A stretch of 63,546 nt of DNA, the filler included, from Guillardia theta CCMP2712 (Eukaryota > Protista > Cryptophyta): assembly GCF_000315625.1 (NCBI RefSeq). It is 4 parts of 4 records of this genome, joined end to end, with 100 filler letters (N's around TTAATTAATTAA, not from the genome) between each part and the next. Parts side by side here need not be neighbours in the genome. Positions count along the whole stretch, not along the records: positions 36,660 to 59,128 come from NW_005434617.1; 3 more parts are not named here. One strand, given 5' to 3'. The notes under the pieces are model-generated. The model saw nothing but the letters and a program-made list of their open reading frames with translations. It had not been told where the DNA came from and searched no databases. Shown here piece after piece: positions 42,409 to 55,870 of this stretch. A program made the translations under genes and the position numbers. Numbering within the stretch: the first letter of the stretch is position 1; each line of letters starts with the position of its first letter.

Positions 42409-44352
42409 TTATGTTAGTTTATGAATGTAAGAAGAAAGGTTGTTGCTCAGATGTCTGAGTTTGAGAGTCAACGTGACAACATCAGCAGTCTCGCTGAATT
42501 GAAAGTTCTGCAACTCATCCGAGGTCTCATCTATCTCTTGGATCAGTTCCTGTAGAAAGAAAATCAATTCAGAACAGAGGAGAGGCGGTTGGCTATGTTG
42601 CTGTCTGACCGTTTGAAATCCTCCCTGCACTCACCTTACTAATATGTTTGACATCAGCTGGCGCTTTTCTTTCCACTGGTTGTTTGAAGGGCATGGTGAC
42701 TTTTTTAGACCAAAGGTCTAATACATCCGCGTGCTTGTTGTAGAAATCCTGTTGCTGTCTCTTCCACTTTCGAATGGTTTTGTTGATAGATTTCATCTGC
42801 CACAGGCGTGTGAGTTGCTCTTTGTCATGACTATCTTCAGAAAATTTACCTCGTGTGTTATCTTTCCTTCCACATTGCCCTCAAATTCTTCCAAGAGTTC
42901 TCTGAACGCTTCTTTGTTTGAATGTTTGTTATCAATCTCCTTCTTGAAGAGCGCAATCATATCGTCAATACTTTCCTTGACGTATTGTTCACTCAAAGAA
43001 GTTTGTTTTTTGGGGTCATACCCAACATCAGGCGACTGATCTGAGCCCTCTGGGCCCCAAAGGTACAAATGTCGTGCTATGAGTAAGCTGAGCTTCTTTA
43101 TGTCGCAACGGCCGCCACTCTCAGAAGATTTCAGGGCTGCCACAAAATCGATGTGCTCAGCGATTTTCTCAGAGCTTTTTTTGGTAATATTGTAACCCTT
43201 CAAATCCTCCGATTCAAAGGTGTAGGTCATCTCAGGTATCGTGTTGAAGAATTGCTGTAGAATCCACGTCAACTCTGCCAAGATAGGTTGCAGACAGTTG
43301 GACACGCAAGATATCTGCCTAATTCGATTGATGAACATATACTGCTTCTTCAGATGCTCTTCATTCTGCGTGAATCCAGCAAGGCACACAAAAATGCAAC
43401 CGATAAAATCGAGCAAGGGAGTGAGATTAAGAGTTAGAACGGTTCCATGCAACTTAGGTTTGCAGGTTCGCATGATCCTTCTTGCAACGAGAGAGTAAGA
43501 GGAGATATGTGCGTTCTGCTTCCCACCCTCTGCATTTGCTCGTTGCCAGCTACTCACAACAAGCTCCCCGGGATAATGCAATGTGACAGATACTTTTGAA
43601 GGCGTGATAGATTCACCAGATTTCTCGGACTTCGTGTCGATCTTCCTGTCACCCTTGATGCTTGAACTTTCAACCGCACGGAAACGACGTCTCAGCACAA
43701 GTCCAACTTCTGACTTGTTGAAGTAGATTTCCTCTGTCCTGTTCCATCTTCCGTTTGCTGCGAGGAAATCTCCGATGAAGTGAGAGTTGTAGAAATGTAG
43801 AAAAAAACATGGGATCTCTGAGATCGTCACAGTCTTGGAAGACTCTCTTGCAGCTCTTTGAGAATTTGTTGTGTTAACTTGGAAGAAAATGGTCTAAAGC
43901 GCTGTCAGCGGTCATAAACGAGTGTCATGTCAAGAACTCACCTGTGGGACATGATAAGGACAGCGAATCTCGAACAAACTGGCGATGTATCGGAAAGTGT
44001 CACCCGGTTGCACGACACAATCTGAGATCGGACCACTTCTCCCTGGAAGTAAACGCAATTTACGTTGTTTGTTCAATGCTCCACAAATTGGTTTAAGTAG
44101 TTTGTTTTCAGATGCAACCTTCAACACCTTGGTCAACACGTCGTCTGAGAGATTGACATCCATCTTGCTGGTCTGAATACTTGAATTTCCGCCAAAGTCG
44201 AGTACTTGAATTCGCAATTTGTAGTCCAAATCCAGCGTCATACTTGGCATTCTTTGGTTCACTACATCGTCCTCACTTGTCTCGGTGATGATCAGATCTT
44301 CTCCTTCCGAATCAGTGCTCTGATTTTGAGGGTCGTTGTACGAATCAGACAT
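42409..44352 (-). CDS. Hypothetical protein (AT-richer, long exons)
   Basis: ORFs at 43930-44352 (MSDSYNDPQ..), 42793-43830 and a coiled-coil-like end at 42409-42796. No family recognised. Confidence 0.55.
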
Positions 44353-45052
44353 TTGTGATTCGCCGGAGTGAGAACAGGGGTTGGAGCAAGGGCAGGTGAC
44401 GGAGCGAGTGCCCTGTGACAGCGACAACGGGGAAAGGAGTCGTAGGAGTAGAGGTAGGGGGCGAGCAGAGCTGGAGCAGAGCCTCAGTTGGGGACCCAAG
44501 TTAACTAAAAAAATAGAAACTGCCGGCTGAATGTAACGGTCGCAATGGTCAGCGAACTTCTAGTAACGTTCGCAACAGATGGACAGCTTCCAGAATTAGG
44601 CAAGGAACCGCAAGGCTCGATTCGATATAGAAGGAACCGAAATGGGGCCCAGGTATAGGAAATAAGGAACCGTATGAGTTTACAAGGAACCTTCTTCCCG
44701 AAATAGAACAAAAAAGAATCGCCCTTAAGAAGCCCTGTCCCTCCACCCTCTCCACTAGCATACTTGGTAAGCGATATGGCACGGAGGAGCGATGGTGACG
44801 TAGATGTAGTGATGGGATGCAAGGGTGTTGTTGTTTGGTGAAGAAGGACTTCTTGCCTCGCTTGCACATGTTTTGTTTGTTGGGCTATGCAGTTCGTTTT
44901 GAACATGCTGGGGCTTGTTTGGACGAAGGGACAAGGGTGTCTTTTCGCACCGTCTTGTTAAGATGCTGCTTCTGTCGCATAACTGAGTTCATTTCTATTT
45001 GATCATATAACATTGTTCAAACCGATTTATTTCTAACTCTCCTACAGCAGAA

Positions 45053-45157
45053 ATGTTCCAGACTGTTGCCAAGGCCCAGACCACCGAGCTCTGGATGTGG
45101 AAGATGGAGTACCTCCACCACGAGCAGCGCCCCCTCTACTTCGGCGAGTGGTTCTAA
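45053..45157 (+). CDS. 34-aa microprotein MFQTVAKAQTTELWMWKMEYLHHEQRPLYFGEWF
   Basis: 32 of 34 sense codons end in G/C within AT-rich flanks. AAATG start context, TATA-like CATATAA at 45004 and AATAAA at 45195-45200. Confidence 0.7.
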   Translation: MFQTVAKAQTTELWMWKMEYLHHEQRPLYFGEWF

Positions 45158-45699
45158 ATTTTCTGCTCGTATGAGGAAATGATTATCGTTTCACAATAAA
45201 CGTTTGTTAAATTGATCATGGAGCTGTGTTGGTGGAGTGGTTATTTGTTCGGGGCTTCAGGGACTTTCCTCAGAGGAATTTACTGAGTAATCAGAAATGT
45301 TTGAGCATTGTCTTACTTTTACAAGAGGATGCTGATTTGTCCGAATCCTCGCGTCTTGAGCATGTCGTGCACTTGCTGGGTTGCCATGTCCGATACCAAG
45401 TTGCCTGCGGTGCTGTATCTTAGCAAATCGCTGCATAATTGGGGACTTCATACTACGGAGAAAGATAGAGCGAAGTGAAGGAATATGCTGGCATCCCGCC
45501 TGTCGCGTGCAGAGTTATCAAGATGGAGAGAGGAGAGAGGAGGTACGAGGAGCGGCACTACTGGATCCTGGCAGCGGTTCCCGTCCATGTCCAAGACCTC
45601 GAGCCTGGGAGTGGCATGAGAGTTGGTAAGAGTGAGGACAGGGTCTGGGGTACCTCGACTTGGATTCAGGAACCTGGAGCCAACGGAGGATGAAGGATA

Positions 45700-47697
45700 C
45701 GCTGCAGAGTCTTATCGTCAGCCTCGAGCTTCATGGCAGCGGCTCCTCCGTCTCAACCCCCTCTCGGTAATCCGGTTGTCCGCCAAGTGCAAGCGACGCA
45801 AGGAGGACGCCGACAGGAGCATGGCTCCAAGGACGATGAGGTAGGAGTCCTCGAGGTCGCAACCTCTCAGCTGTTCAGCGTCAGCTGGAACAGCAGGGGC
45901 GCGTTCAGTCCCTGACCTCCAAGTGCACGATAGGGAACCAGCTGCCTGTACATCACAACGTCATGCTCCTCCTCTGACCAACGTGAGGGGCTGTTGATCG
46001 ACCTGCCGCCCTGACCAGCCGCTTGCAGCCATCGATTCCGATCGGGTTCTTGTTGAGCATGAGCTTGATGCCTCCCAGGTGGGAACTCTTGAACGAGTCC
46101 TGGTCCAGGAGGTTGGACCCTGTTGAAGCGCAGGTTTAAGATTGTGTTCTCAGCTTTCCTGGTAACCTGCAAACGCGTCGTTGGCTGACACGTTCAAGTC
46201 GACCTAGGGACGCTCGTCAGGTCGACTTGAGAGGGGTCACCAGACCAGGCGAGGGAAGTAAAGGAAGATCTTGTTCATAGGAGGAGACACATCCTCGCTG
46301 AGAAACATCTTGTTGGAAGACAGGTTCAGCGAAGTCAGTCCTGTTGAAGCTCTGAGAACTCTTAAAGAGCTCCTCGTCCGCATCACGTACCCGTGTTGGT
46401 GTTGAGCTGCAAGAAGAAGTTGGTGGCTCCTTCAGTCCCCAACCAGTTCGAGCTGGCGTCCACGTGCTGACATTTTGTCTGTCAACCTCGACGCAAGTCA
46501 AGTCATGTATCGTACTTGGATGCGACTCGACGCCGCCAGCAGCCGTCCAAGGTATCCGCCTGCCATGGTATCTGTCACGAGCGCCCAGAGGACGCACGGG
46601 TTACGCTACCGCCGTCTACCCCCAGATCGTTCCTGCAGACGCAGAGCCATCGCAAGCTCTGGTTGATCACGAGACTAAAGTCGCCGGTCATTCCATTTGC
46701 CTCCTCCCCTCCTCCCCCTAACCAGTCGCAAAGCTGACGGAACTGCGTCGATCCCATTCCGTTGCCTCCCAGGTCCAACCTCGTCAGCTGGAGAGTCAAA
46801 ACGCCTCGTGAGTTGGGGCGGAGGGTTCCAGAGAGCCCTCACAGAGATCGAGAGGAGAAGAGAGTGCAAGAATCTTGACATCCCCAGCTTCAGCCCAGCT
46901 GCTGTTCTCTGCTCTTCCTCCCCCGGTGCTCCATCCCCTGCTCGTTCACTCATCGTCATCCCAAGGCATTAGCCCTCGCATTCACCAGGAAGAGATGATC
47001 CTGCTCTCTTCTCTCCGAACTTCAAGCTGTTAGCTCAACAGCGTCAGATCTAACAACATGGTCAGAACGCGATAACCAGCTCAAGTCCAGGCTAGTGATG
47101 GACGTGTTGATAGTCATACAGTCTGCTATCAGGTCCATCGCATCTCCGTCCAGCGGGTTCCCACTCAGACGCAAGTCGGACAGGCGCGTCTGTTGACTGA
47201 GCCCAAGAGACACCCACCTGAAGCCCTGGCTCGAGATGAAATTGCTGCTGAGGTCGATGAAGGAGTAAGAGGACTTCTCTTCCACCAGTGCTCTGCCGAT
47301 CTAGGTGACAGGACGCGTCAGTCAGAGACAGCTTGAGGCGGTCGGCCTCGGGTACTGCACCTGCTCCGCCCATTCGTCATCGATGCTCTGTGAATTCATC
47401 CTTATTTCTCCATCCTTGAGAGTTTGAAGTCGCAGGGCCTCTAAGATCCTTCCCGTCCTCCTGCTCACGTTCTGTCGGATCCCTTGCCCGCTCCTCAGCA
47501 CCTGGTGGTCCCACGCCTAGCGGCACCTCAACCCTCAAACCTCCGCCCTCGCTCCTCACTGGTTTCTTGAGCTGCCTGTAGAATCGTGTGGTCATCCCTG
47601 CTGACTTCAAGCGAGCGTCTGCGGTCCTGGCTGCCTGGATGGCTTGCGCGTTGAACTGCATCTCTTCTTGCAGAAGATTCCGATGGAGAAGGTCCAT
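45700..47697 (-). CDS. RNI-like leucine-rich-repeat protein (multi-exon; 3' end uncertain)
   Basis: FIDLSSNFISSQG, LSDLRLSGNPLDGD, ITSLDLS, LTRLDLGGNGMG and LRWLCVCRNDLGVDG. Confidence 0.8.
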
Positions 47698-47809
47698 CCT
47701 TTGAAAGAGATGAGAAGAGCATCAGCATGGAAGGCAAAGAGAGAAGGTGAGGGAGAGGGAGAGGGAGAGGGAGAGGAAGGCAACGAGTGAAATATGCTCC
47801 TGAGTCACC

Positions 47810-50800
47810 TTACGGAAGCTTCTAGGAGTTCAGCTCGATACTTTGCAGCGACTTCCTCTTGCTGTACATCTTGACGTTCATGCGGGGGATCAACGCGACC
47901 CTGAGCTACAGCAGCAGCTTGAGAAGTCAAAGTCTCGCTGGGAGACTTGAAACTCGTCGACCCTTCTAGCTTGCTGCCTCGTCCCTGCTCAGCACGTCAG
48001 CACTCGACTCCTTCCCCACTCGAGACGCCACCTGCGTGCGGCTCCATTGCTCCTTCCACTCCTTCCACCATGCCTCATCCTGGAGGACCTCCGGGAGCTC
48101 CTCGTAGAGCTCTGGTCTCAATGGATCACCACGGACAAGGACAGGACAAGGGCTGCCTCACCTTCCAAGGAGTACATCTTGCTGCTTGCCTGCTACGCGC
48201 TCGCCTCTCAGCGATCACTCTCCTTGACCATGAAGCCTGGCAGCGGCAGCGGGATATGCATCAGATGATGCATGCTCAGAAAAGTGACTATAAATCAAGG
48301 AATCATCACTTGATCAGTGAAAATGTCAGGAAAACTTCTCAAAAGATGTGGGTGGCGATGAATCGACTTATCTTGTTCTGTGCTTTCCATTGATCTTGCA
48401 TCTCCCTTCTTCTCCTGACTCCACTATATTGGTCTCTGCCCACTCTATCATAGCTGCGTACCTCCTCGTCCACCACCACCACCACCTCCTCCTCCTCCTC
48501 CTCCTCCTCCTCCTCCTCCTCTCCATCTTGAGCACAGTCTCGCGAGTGTTGACCATACTCAGTTCCTACCGCTGAGGGCAGCAGGTCGTTGGCTTCATGG
48601 GATACCTTCCTTGTTCCACTGTCCTAAGATATCAGCGAGGCGGGCCCGATTTCATGGAGAAACTCGCACTTGATGCCGCTCAGCCCAGCTCAACGGCTTT
48701 GAGAGTCAGTCGGAGGATGAGAAGAATGCATGTGAGGAGGAGGAGGAGGAGGAGGAGGAGGAGATGGTGGTGGAGGAGGAGGGCGGGAGGTGTGGACTGA
48801 CGTGAAACGACAAATTGACAATTTAACCTGACATGATAGAACATTTCTAGACATACCTCGACTATCGATACAATTCGGATTCAAAGTCCTCCTCGTCCTC
48901 CTCCTCTACCTTGGTCAAGTCACTGGCCTGATAGGAAGGAAGTGAAGCGCGGAGGGCCTGAAGGGAGGCGAGGGCGTCGCCCCCATACTTGGAGTCTTGC
49001 TGCTTCCTCCTCAGATTCATCTCCGTCTTGAGATCAGCGATCTGAGAGGATGGAGTGAGATGAATAAGCACGAGTCCTCCCTCCCTCCTCCAATTCTTTC
49101 CCCTCCTCCAGCTTTCCAATGCCCTCCCCTTTCTCTCCCTCTCTCCTCCTTCCCGCCCTCGCCTCCCACCTCTCCCTACTTCCACCGCCTCCCTCCTTTC
49201 TCCTCCCTCACCTCTTCTTCATAGACTTCGCACTTCAAGCGGAGAGCAGAGTTCTGTTCGATGAGCTCCTTCACCAGCCTTCAACTCACGTCAGTTGCCG
49301 CTCCCCCGGCATCGACGTTCACCTCTGCATGTCCGACCTTGATGATCCCCCCAGCTCTCTTCGCTCTTCCATCGGCCTTGTGCGAGACTGCGCAGTAGCC
49401 TCCAGCTCCTCGACCCTCCTCTGCTCCTCAAGTCACACACGGAGAGAGCAGGCAGGCGGGTCACGTGGGCTGCCTTGAGCTCCGAGACGAGTCCCTCCGT
49501 CCACTGCTCGGCAACCGTCAGAGGAGGAGGAGGAGGAGGAGGAGGAGGAGGCACCTCCTTGAGACAAGCGTTTTCCTTGGTGAGAGTAGCGATTCTCGCC
49601 TGCGGGGAAGCTCAGGGGGACGAGCACGGCATGGGAGGAGGAGCGAGGACCTCGAACTTGGTTCTCTCCTTAGCATGCTGGGACTTCAATCCCTGGAGCA
49701 ACCCATGTCAGCTGCGAGCTCCTGGGAGCTCCTGACCTCGATTTGCTGCTCGCAGTCAAGCTGCTCTTTCTCCGCCTGAGCCCCTACCAAGGAGAGTCAG
49801 CGCGGCATCCGGGGAAGGGGGGGGGGGAAGAGGAGGCGTCGCTCACTCTCGTACGTCCGTCGGAGGTTCAGGAACTTGTTGGTCTGTAGGGACCGTTTCA
49901 GGTCCTTCTTGTCCTTGCCTGTTCCCACGGCTTCGCTCAGACCCCATGGCTGGCGAGCCAGCACAAGGTACCTGCTGCCTTGATCTTGGCCGCCTTCTTC
50001 TCCACCTGCTCCTTCATCCGATCCCTCTCCTCCAGCGCCTGCACAGCGACGTCAGGGCCTGCGGCTGCCATGCCTCTCCCACCGCTCTTCGGTCCTCCAG
50101 CGCCTTCTTCAAGTACTCCCGCAGAGCCTTGATCTCACTGTCTTGCGTCAGGCTAACAGGCCGAGGTCAGCGAGATCCTTACCCCATGCTCCTCCTCCTC
50201 CTCCTTATTCTCGGTGTTCGGGCACCTCGAGCTCTTCCATGCTTCTGCGCATGTCTGCCCTTCGCCATCCACGTCCCCGCGCTCCTTGTCCATCGCAAAC
50301 CCACTGGGAACAGCATTCTTGTCCCTGTGCTGGCAGCCCTTGTCTGTGGTCGAGGTAAGAAGGGGGGGAGAGGAGGGGAGAGAGGAGAAGAGGAGGAATT
50401 GTGGTGAACAGCAAGAACTTGAAAGGAAGGCAGGTGAAGAGGAAAGAAGGAGAGAAGGAGAGAGGGACAAGATAAGAAAAGGGAGGACAGGAGGAGGGGA
50501 AAGAGGTGGAGGAGGATGAGAGAAAAGAAGAGGAGGAGGAAAGAGAAGAAGAGACGAGGTAGCGAGCGCATCTCACAAGTCTTGAGGGACCGCGAGTCAA
50601 GTCGCTGTCCAGGAGCTTTGGTGTTGCATCTGTTGTAACCGTTACACAACTTCAGTTTCAGGGGCAGAAGGGGAGAGCCTCTGATTGTTCATCATGTCCA
50701 TTTCTTCTTTCAACCTCCTCAGCCACTCCTGCAATCAAACCTGAATAGAGGAGGAGGTGGTGGAGGAGAGGAGAGGAGAGGAGAGGAGAGGAGAGGAGAG

Positions 50801-53800
50801 GAGAGGAGACAGAGTTGGGGTGAGGAAGGGGCGGGACGGGGAAAGATACTCTCTTGAAATGCTGACCTGTTCGAACTTCTCCTCCTCTGATAACGAAACC
50901 GTGTCATAACTTTGCTCCTCCTGCTCTCTTCACCTCACCTTCGTAAGTTGTCGCGCTCCTGGGCCTCTCACTGACCTTGTACTTCGTCTGGAAAAACTCC
51001 TGCTGTTGCTGCTTCGACTGCTGTTGCTGCTTCGACTGCTGTTGCTGCTTCGACTGCTGCTGCTGCTGCTGCTGCTGCTCCCCCAGGATGCTCGATGGCT
51101 TCAAGAGCTGATCTGCGGTCTTCTCCTCCATCCTCGTCGCTTTCGCCCCTCCTGTGAAATCTTCCCTGGTGACCTCGAAGACTCTCTTGGCCAGTTGGAG
51201 AGAGGACGCTGCTCCTTCGACTCCCTGCCAGCAAAGGAAGGAGTGAGGCAAGAGAGGAGAGAGGAGAGAGGAGAGAGGGAAGGCGGGAAAGGACGAGGAC
51301 CTCGCGTTGTGAGAGCGAGAAGATAAATTTTGAGTTGATCTTCCCCAGGATGGAGTCTTTTAGCACCTTGAGACGTGTCAGAGGGTCCAAAGACGTTTTG
51401 GTATCATCAAGTCAAGCGCAGACACAAGAAATCAAAGAATGCATGAGAGGAGAGGAGAGGAGAGGAGAGGAGAGGAGAGGAGAGGAGAGGGGATGGGATG
51501 GATTGGGATGGGATGGGATGTGTTAGAAAGGAAACGCGACTCTCCATCAGCATCGCCCTCACCTGCGTCAGCAGGCTGCTCTCCCATGAGACGAACGGAA
51601 CTCCTTCTGCAATCTCAGCCAAGACGGTCTGCAATGCTGACGGCCAGAGTTCTGCTCAACCCAAAGGACAAGAGAGTGAAAACAAATTCCTCCAGGTACA
51701 CCTCCCCACTCTCCCAGCACTTGGATCGCGAGCCATCTCCCTCCTTCCTCAGCCTCCATACACTCACTACTACCGCTCAGCACACACACGACTTGTTCCA
51801 GCCCTCCCCTTTCTCCCCCCTCTGCCTGCTACTCCCAAGCTTCTCAACCCTCCTCCTCCTCCTCCTCCTCCTCCTCCAATTCATCTTTACCTCTCCCTGT
51901 CACTTCATCTCCGACCACCACCATCACCATCTTTGCCATGCGGAAAGGAACGACGCCGTTGCCATTGCGAGCAGCGTCTTTCCTCTGAGACGTCCGTGCT
52001 CACCGAAAGGAAGTTGAACAGTTTCATCCTCACCGTGAGATGGTCGTGAGCTTGACAGGTAGGCCTCTTAGACTGATGCATCAAGTCACAATGTGAAGAA
52101 AGGAGAGGAAGAGGAGATCGAGGAGAGGAGGGAAAGAGAGAGGAGAGGAGGGAGAGGAGAGGAAGGGCGGGAGGAGAGGAACAAAGGGAGGAGAGAAAGG
52201 GAGAGATGAGGGGGAGACAGGGAGAGAAAGAGGAATGAGGAGAGAGGGAAGGTGAGGAGGGAAGAGAGTAGGACCTGCTCGAGCTCAAAAGTGATGACGT
52301 GATGCCTGGACAGGATAGAGGAGTTCTCAGCGAATAGACGGAGGAGGAACCGCAAGCAGGACCCAAGATTTGGGGCAGAAGAGTTGGAGGAGGAGGAGGA
52401 GGAGGAGGAGGAGGAACGCCTACCTATCCATCGCATCTTCCAGCATTCGGTTCTCAACGAGTTCGCGTAAAAAAATCTGAAAGGTTTTCTGGGAGTAAGA
52501 AAACATGCAAGACAACAGTCGCTTGGTAAACATCCACCCTCCAAAGTCTCATTCCCCCTCCTTCTTCCCAGTCCCCTCCCTTCCCCTCCCTTCTCTCCTC
52601 CTGCCCCCACCTTGAGCTTCTGCCCTGAGTTCGGCCTCTTGAAGTCCTCCACCACCATCTTCGCATTCTCGAAGAGAACGTCGGTCGTGCTCCCCAGCTC
52701 TACGGTCGGGGACTTCCTGTGCTTGTTGCCCTTGCCGTCTGTCGCGCCATCTTCCCCATCCAGGCCGAACCCAGACAACTTGCAGTCTCGGACCAGGTCG
52801 ATGATTCGTCCTTTCTGCTTGACAGTGATCAGAAAGCAGGCGGCGGGGAGAGGAATCGAGGTAGTGAGGAGGGAAATGGGGGGAGGGGGGGGAAATAGCA
52901 CAAGGGAGAGCAAGGGAAAGGTGGAGGGAAGAGAAGGGGGAGAGGGGAGGGAGGGAGGGGGGAGGGTCAGGGGGAGGTAGAGACAGGCATGGAGGAAGGG
53001 AGAGCAAGTCGCCTCCCTCTCTTCTAGGGCCTGACCTTGGTATCGAGGACCTCGCATACTCCTGTCGACAGCTGGAACCTGTGGCTCGCTGACGACACGT
53101 GCCGGATGTGCTCGTACAGCATCTCCACAACCTTGGGGCAGGCGTCACGCAGCCTGACACCGTCCGACACGTCATGGCAGCAGCCTCCTCACCAGCGACA
53201 TCGCCCCTGGGAACTTCTTCCTGCTTGCTACCTTGTGCCCGAGCGCCTCGTCCCCCAGGAGGAACCTCCTCTTGCCTGCAGCCAGACGTCACTGCCGTAC
53301 CCTCGAGCGCCGGAGCCCCGTCACCGCTGTGCTGCCCCCCGAGCAAGACGACGACACTGCTCTCTCCTCTCGTCACAGCGTCGACGAGAGGGTAGATCGC
53401 CTCCCGGAACACCTGACCCCATCGCTCACTCCACAACCTCCTCCTCCCTCTTAGTGTCTATCTTTGACCGCACCTGAAAGGATGTGACACTGCTCCCATA
53501 CACTCGATCGAGCTGCGACGACGGTCCGACCCACATGCCATCGCACAACTGGAACAGCAAGTCTCACTGACGCCCGTGCTAGCTCGCAAGCCTCACATTC
53601 AGCCGAGTCATGTCCGGCGAAACTTTGAAGGCAAGGGAGGTGTCCAGCTTGGAGCTCTCTGGAGTTTCCCCGGTATCGTCAACTCTGCACACCACTGATG
53701 CAGCCTTCTTCATCTCGCTTGGGGGAGGAGCAGGAAAAAAGGAGGATACGATGACGGTCTCAATCCTAGGGTGCAAGAGATCATGGCGAGGAACAAGGAT

Positions 53801-54056
53801 GAAGGGAAGAAAGTGGATCCATGAAGTGGATAAGGCAAGATGAATGAGGAAGAGAATGGGGGTGATGGAGATGGTGGTAGCAGTAGCTACGATGCTCTGC
53901 TGACACTGGTGCCGATCACCATGGCACAGGGAGCGAGGAGCGAAGGGGAAGAAGAGAGACGGAACAGAGGGGAAGAGGAGGCGACTGGGTAGCAGGAGAG
54001 CAGGAGAGCAGGAAGGATGGCTGTACCTCACACGCCATGTTGTGTTTTCGAATCAT
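47810..54056 (-). CDS. Divergent kinesin-like protein with coiled-coil tail (ends approximate)
   Basis: LDRVYG, VFREAIYPLVDAVTRGESSVVVLLGGQHSG, IIDLV, SRHHVITFEL and VPFVSWESSLLTQ occur in kinesin motor order. Confidence 0.65.
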
Positions 54057-54549
54057 GTTTATCGGATACAAGCTTGCCTCGGAGCTGATCTGTATTGACA
54101 CACCCCTGTAATAACGCACTACTACTACTAGCCTAGTAGGCTAGCCGGCTACCGCCGGGCGCCGGTACCGGGCCCGGCTGATAATCATCGGCCCCCGACT
54201 CCGGGACTCAGTGACTCCCTATGCCCCGCCAGGCCCCGGTGAGTCACCGGCCAGCCCGCCGCCGGGCCAGGCCCGCCGAGACTGACTGAGTCACCCATTC
54301 TACTCTAGGATGATGTCAAGTTGCGTTCGGTCGGCACTTTGTTCCTGACGATGGACCTGCTGCTAAGGTCTTGGGTGGCATGAAAGCGCGCGGCCGCCTT
54401 TCAGCGCCTCACCATGAGGAGCAGGAAATACACAAAGACTTTACTCTCACAGTCAACAAGATCCTCTTCCCCCCGGCACACGACTCTCTTCACCACGCCC
54501 CCCTCTCTTCCCCCCTCCTCGGTGGGGCCGCCCGGTACCACAGTGACTG

Positions 54550-55870
54550 TCACATGGAGGACAAGAGAGTCCGCAACTCGGCTAACGCTTTCGGAGGAGA
54601 GTCCCGATGCCTCAGCAGACAAGCTTGGAGCTGGGCGATGGACAGAGTCCCGGAAGGAACAGCCTCTACGAAAGCATCCACCTCGTCGTCTGTGATGTCC
54701 CTGAAGAAGCTGCGCACGTACAGGCCCACCTGCTCCTTTGCGCACCGGTCGAACCTAACGTCCACGTCCACTCTCCCCGGTCGGATCAGCGCAGGATCCA
54801 GCAGCTCTCGATGGTTGGTGGTCATGAACAGCAGGCGGCCCTCCTGGGCTGCCACCCCGTCAATGGCGTTGAGGAGGCCCGAGAAGGTCAGCCCCCCGGA
54901 AGCGTTCTTCGCATGCCGGTCGCGGAATGCGGCATCCACATCCTCTAGCAGGAGGATGCATCTCGGCGCGGACCCGTTGAGCAGTTCCGCGAACGAATCG
55001 TCCGTGAGCTTCGAGCTGGAGAGGGAGACAACGTAGATGGGTAGCTTCAGTTCTCCTGCCACCACAGTCAGTGCCATCCCCTGCATGCCCCGATCACTCA
55101 CCCGCCAGGGCAGAGACCAGGCTGGTCTTGCCGGTGCCCGGAGGGCCATAGAGGAGGTATCCTCGTCGCCAAGGGATGCCTCTTGACGCGTACCACTCCT
55201 CAGCCTGCATGAACCGCACGCAGTCGTTCAAGATCCACTGAGCTCTCTCCGGGGGCCAGATCACGACCGAGTCGAGGGGGCGGGAGATTCTGGAGGCGAT
55301 CTTGTTCCAGCTCGAGTACTCGTCCGCCACGAAGATGCTTGTCCTCGACTTCTCCTTGGCCTCGTACGCCAGCCTCGACTCCCTCACAATGGACAGCAGC
55401 TCCTCCTTGCTCCCACCGATGATGTAGATCGTCAGCGTCTCTCGTTCCTTTGGACTCCCGCCACTCTTCTCATCCCCCTGCTCCCGGGAGACCACCAGCC
55501 AGTGCTTCTTGTGCCTGATCATGGTCCAACCCGTCGGCAACAGGTAGACATCCTCCTTCTTCTCGTCCCTGTCCAGATCCCTGCCTGCTGGCCCCAAGTA
55601 GCGCAGGGAGGTGAAGACAGCAAACTGCTTGCCATCAGAGACGGCAGGGTGTTCAGAGAGCCAGGAAATGATCCATCGAAAGGAATCATCGCGGCTGTTG
55701 AACTCGGCGGACAGCACCAACTGTCGGAACACAGCGTCGTAACAAGCCTTGCCAATTTTTCGAGTCATGGTCACCCCTATACCAGCAAGAACCACAGCAA
55801 TCCCCCCCATGGCGAACTGGCTGCTCATCACTCCCTCCAACGCAGCAGCGTACAACTTCCTCCGCTCCAT
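54550..55870 (-). CDS. BCS1: BCS1-like mitochondrial AAA ATPase
   Basis: SRPLDSVV, WYASRGIPWRRGYLLYGPPGTGKTS, CILLLEDVDAAF, LTFSGLLNAIDGV and DPALIRPGRVD; one short intron at about 55055-55100. Confidence 0.95.

Noticed and set aside
54305-54345. Possible C/D snoRNA (GATGATG..CTGA)
   Set aside because: Imperfect C box, too short and no terminal stem.
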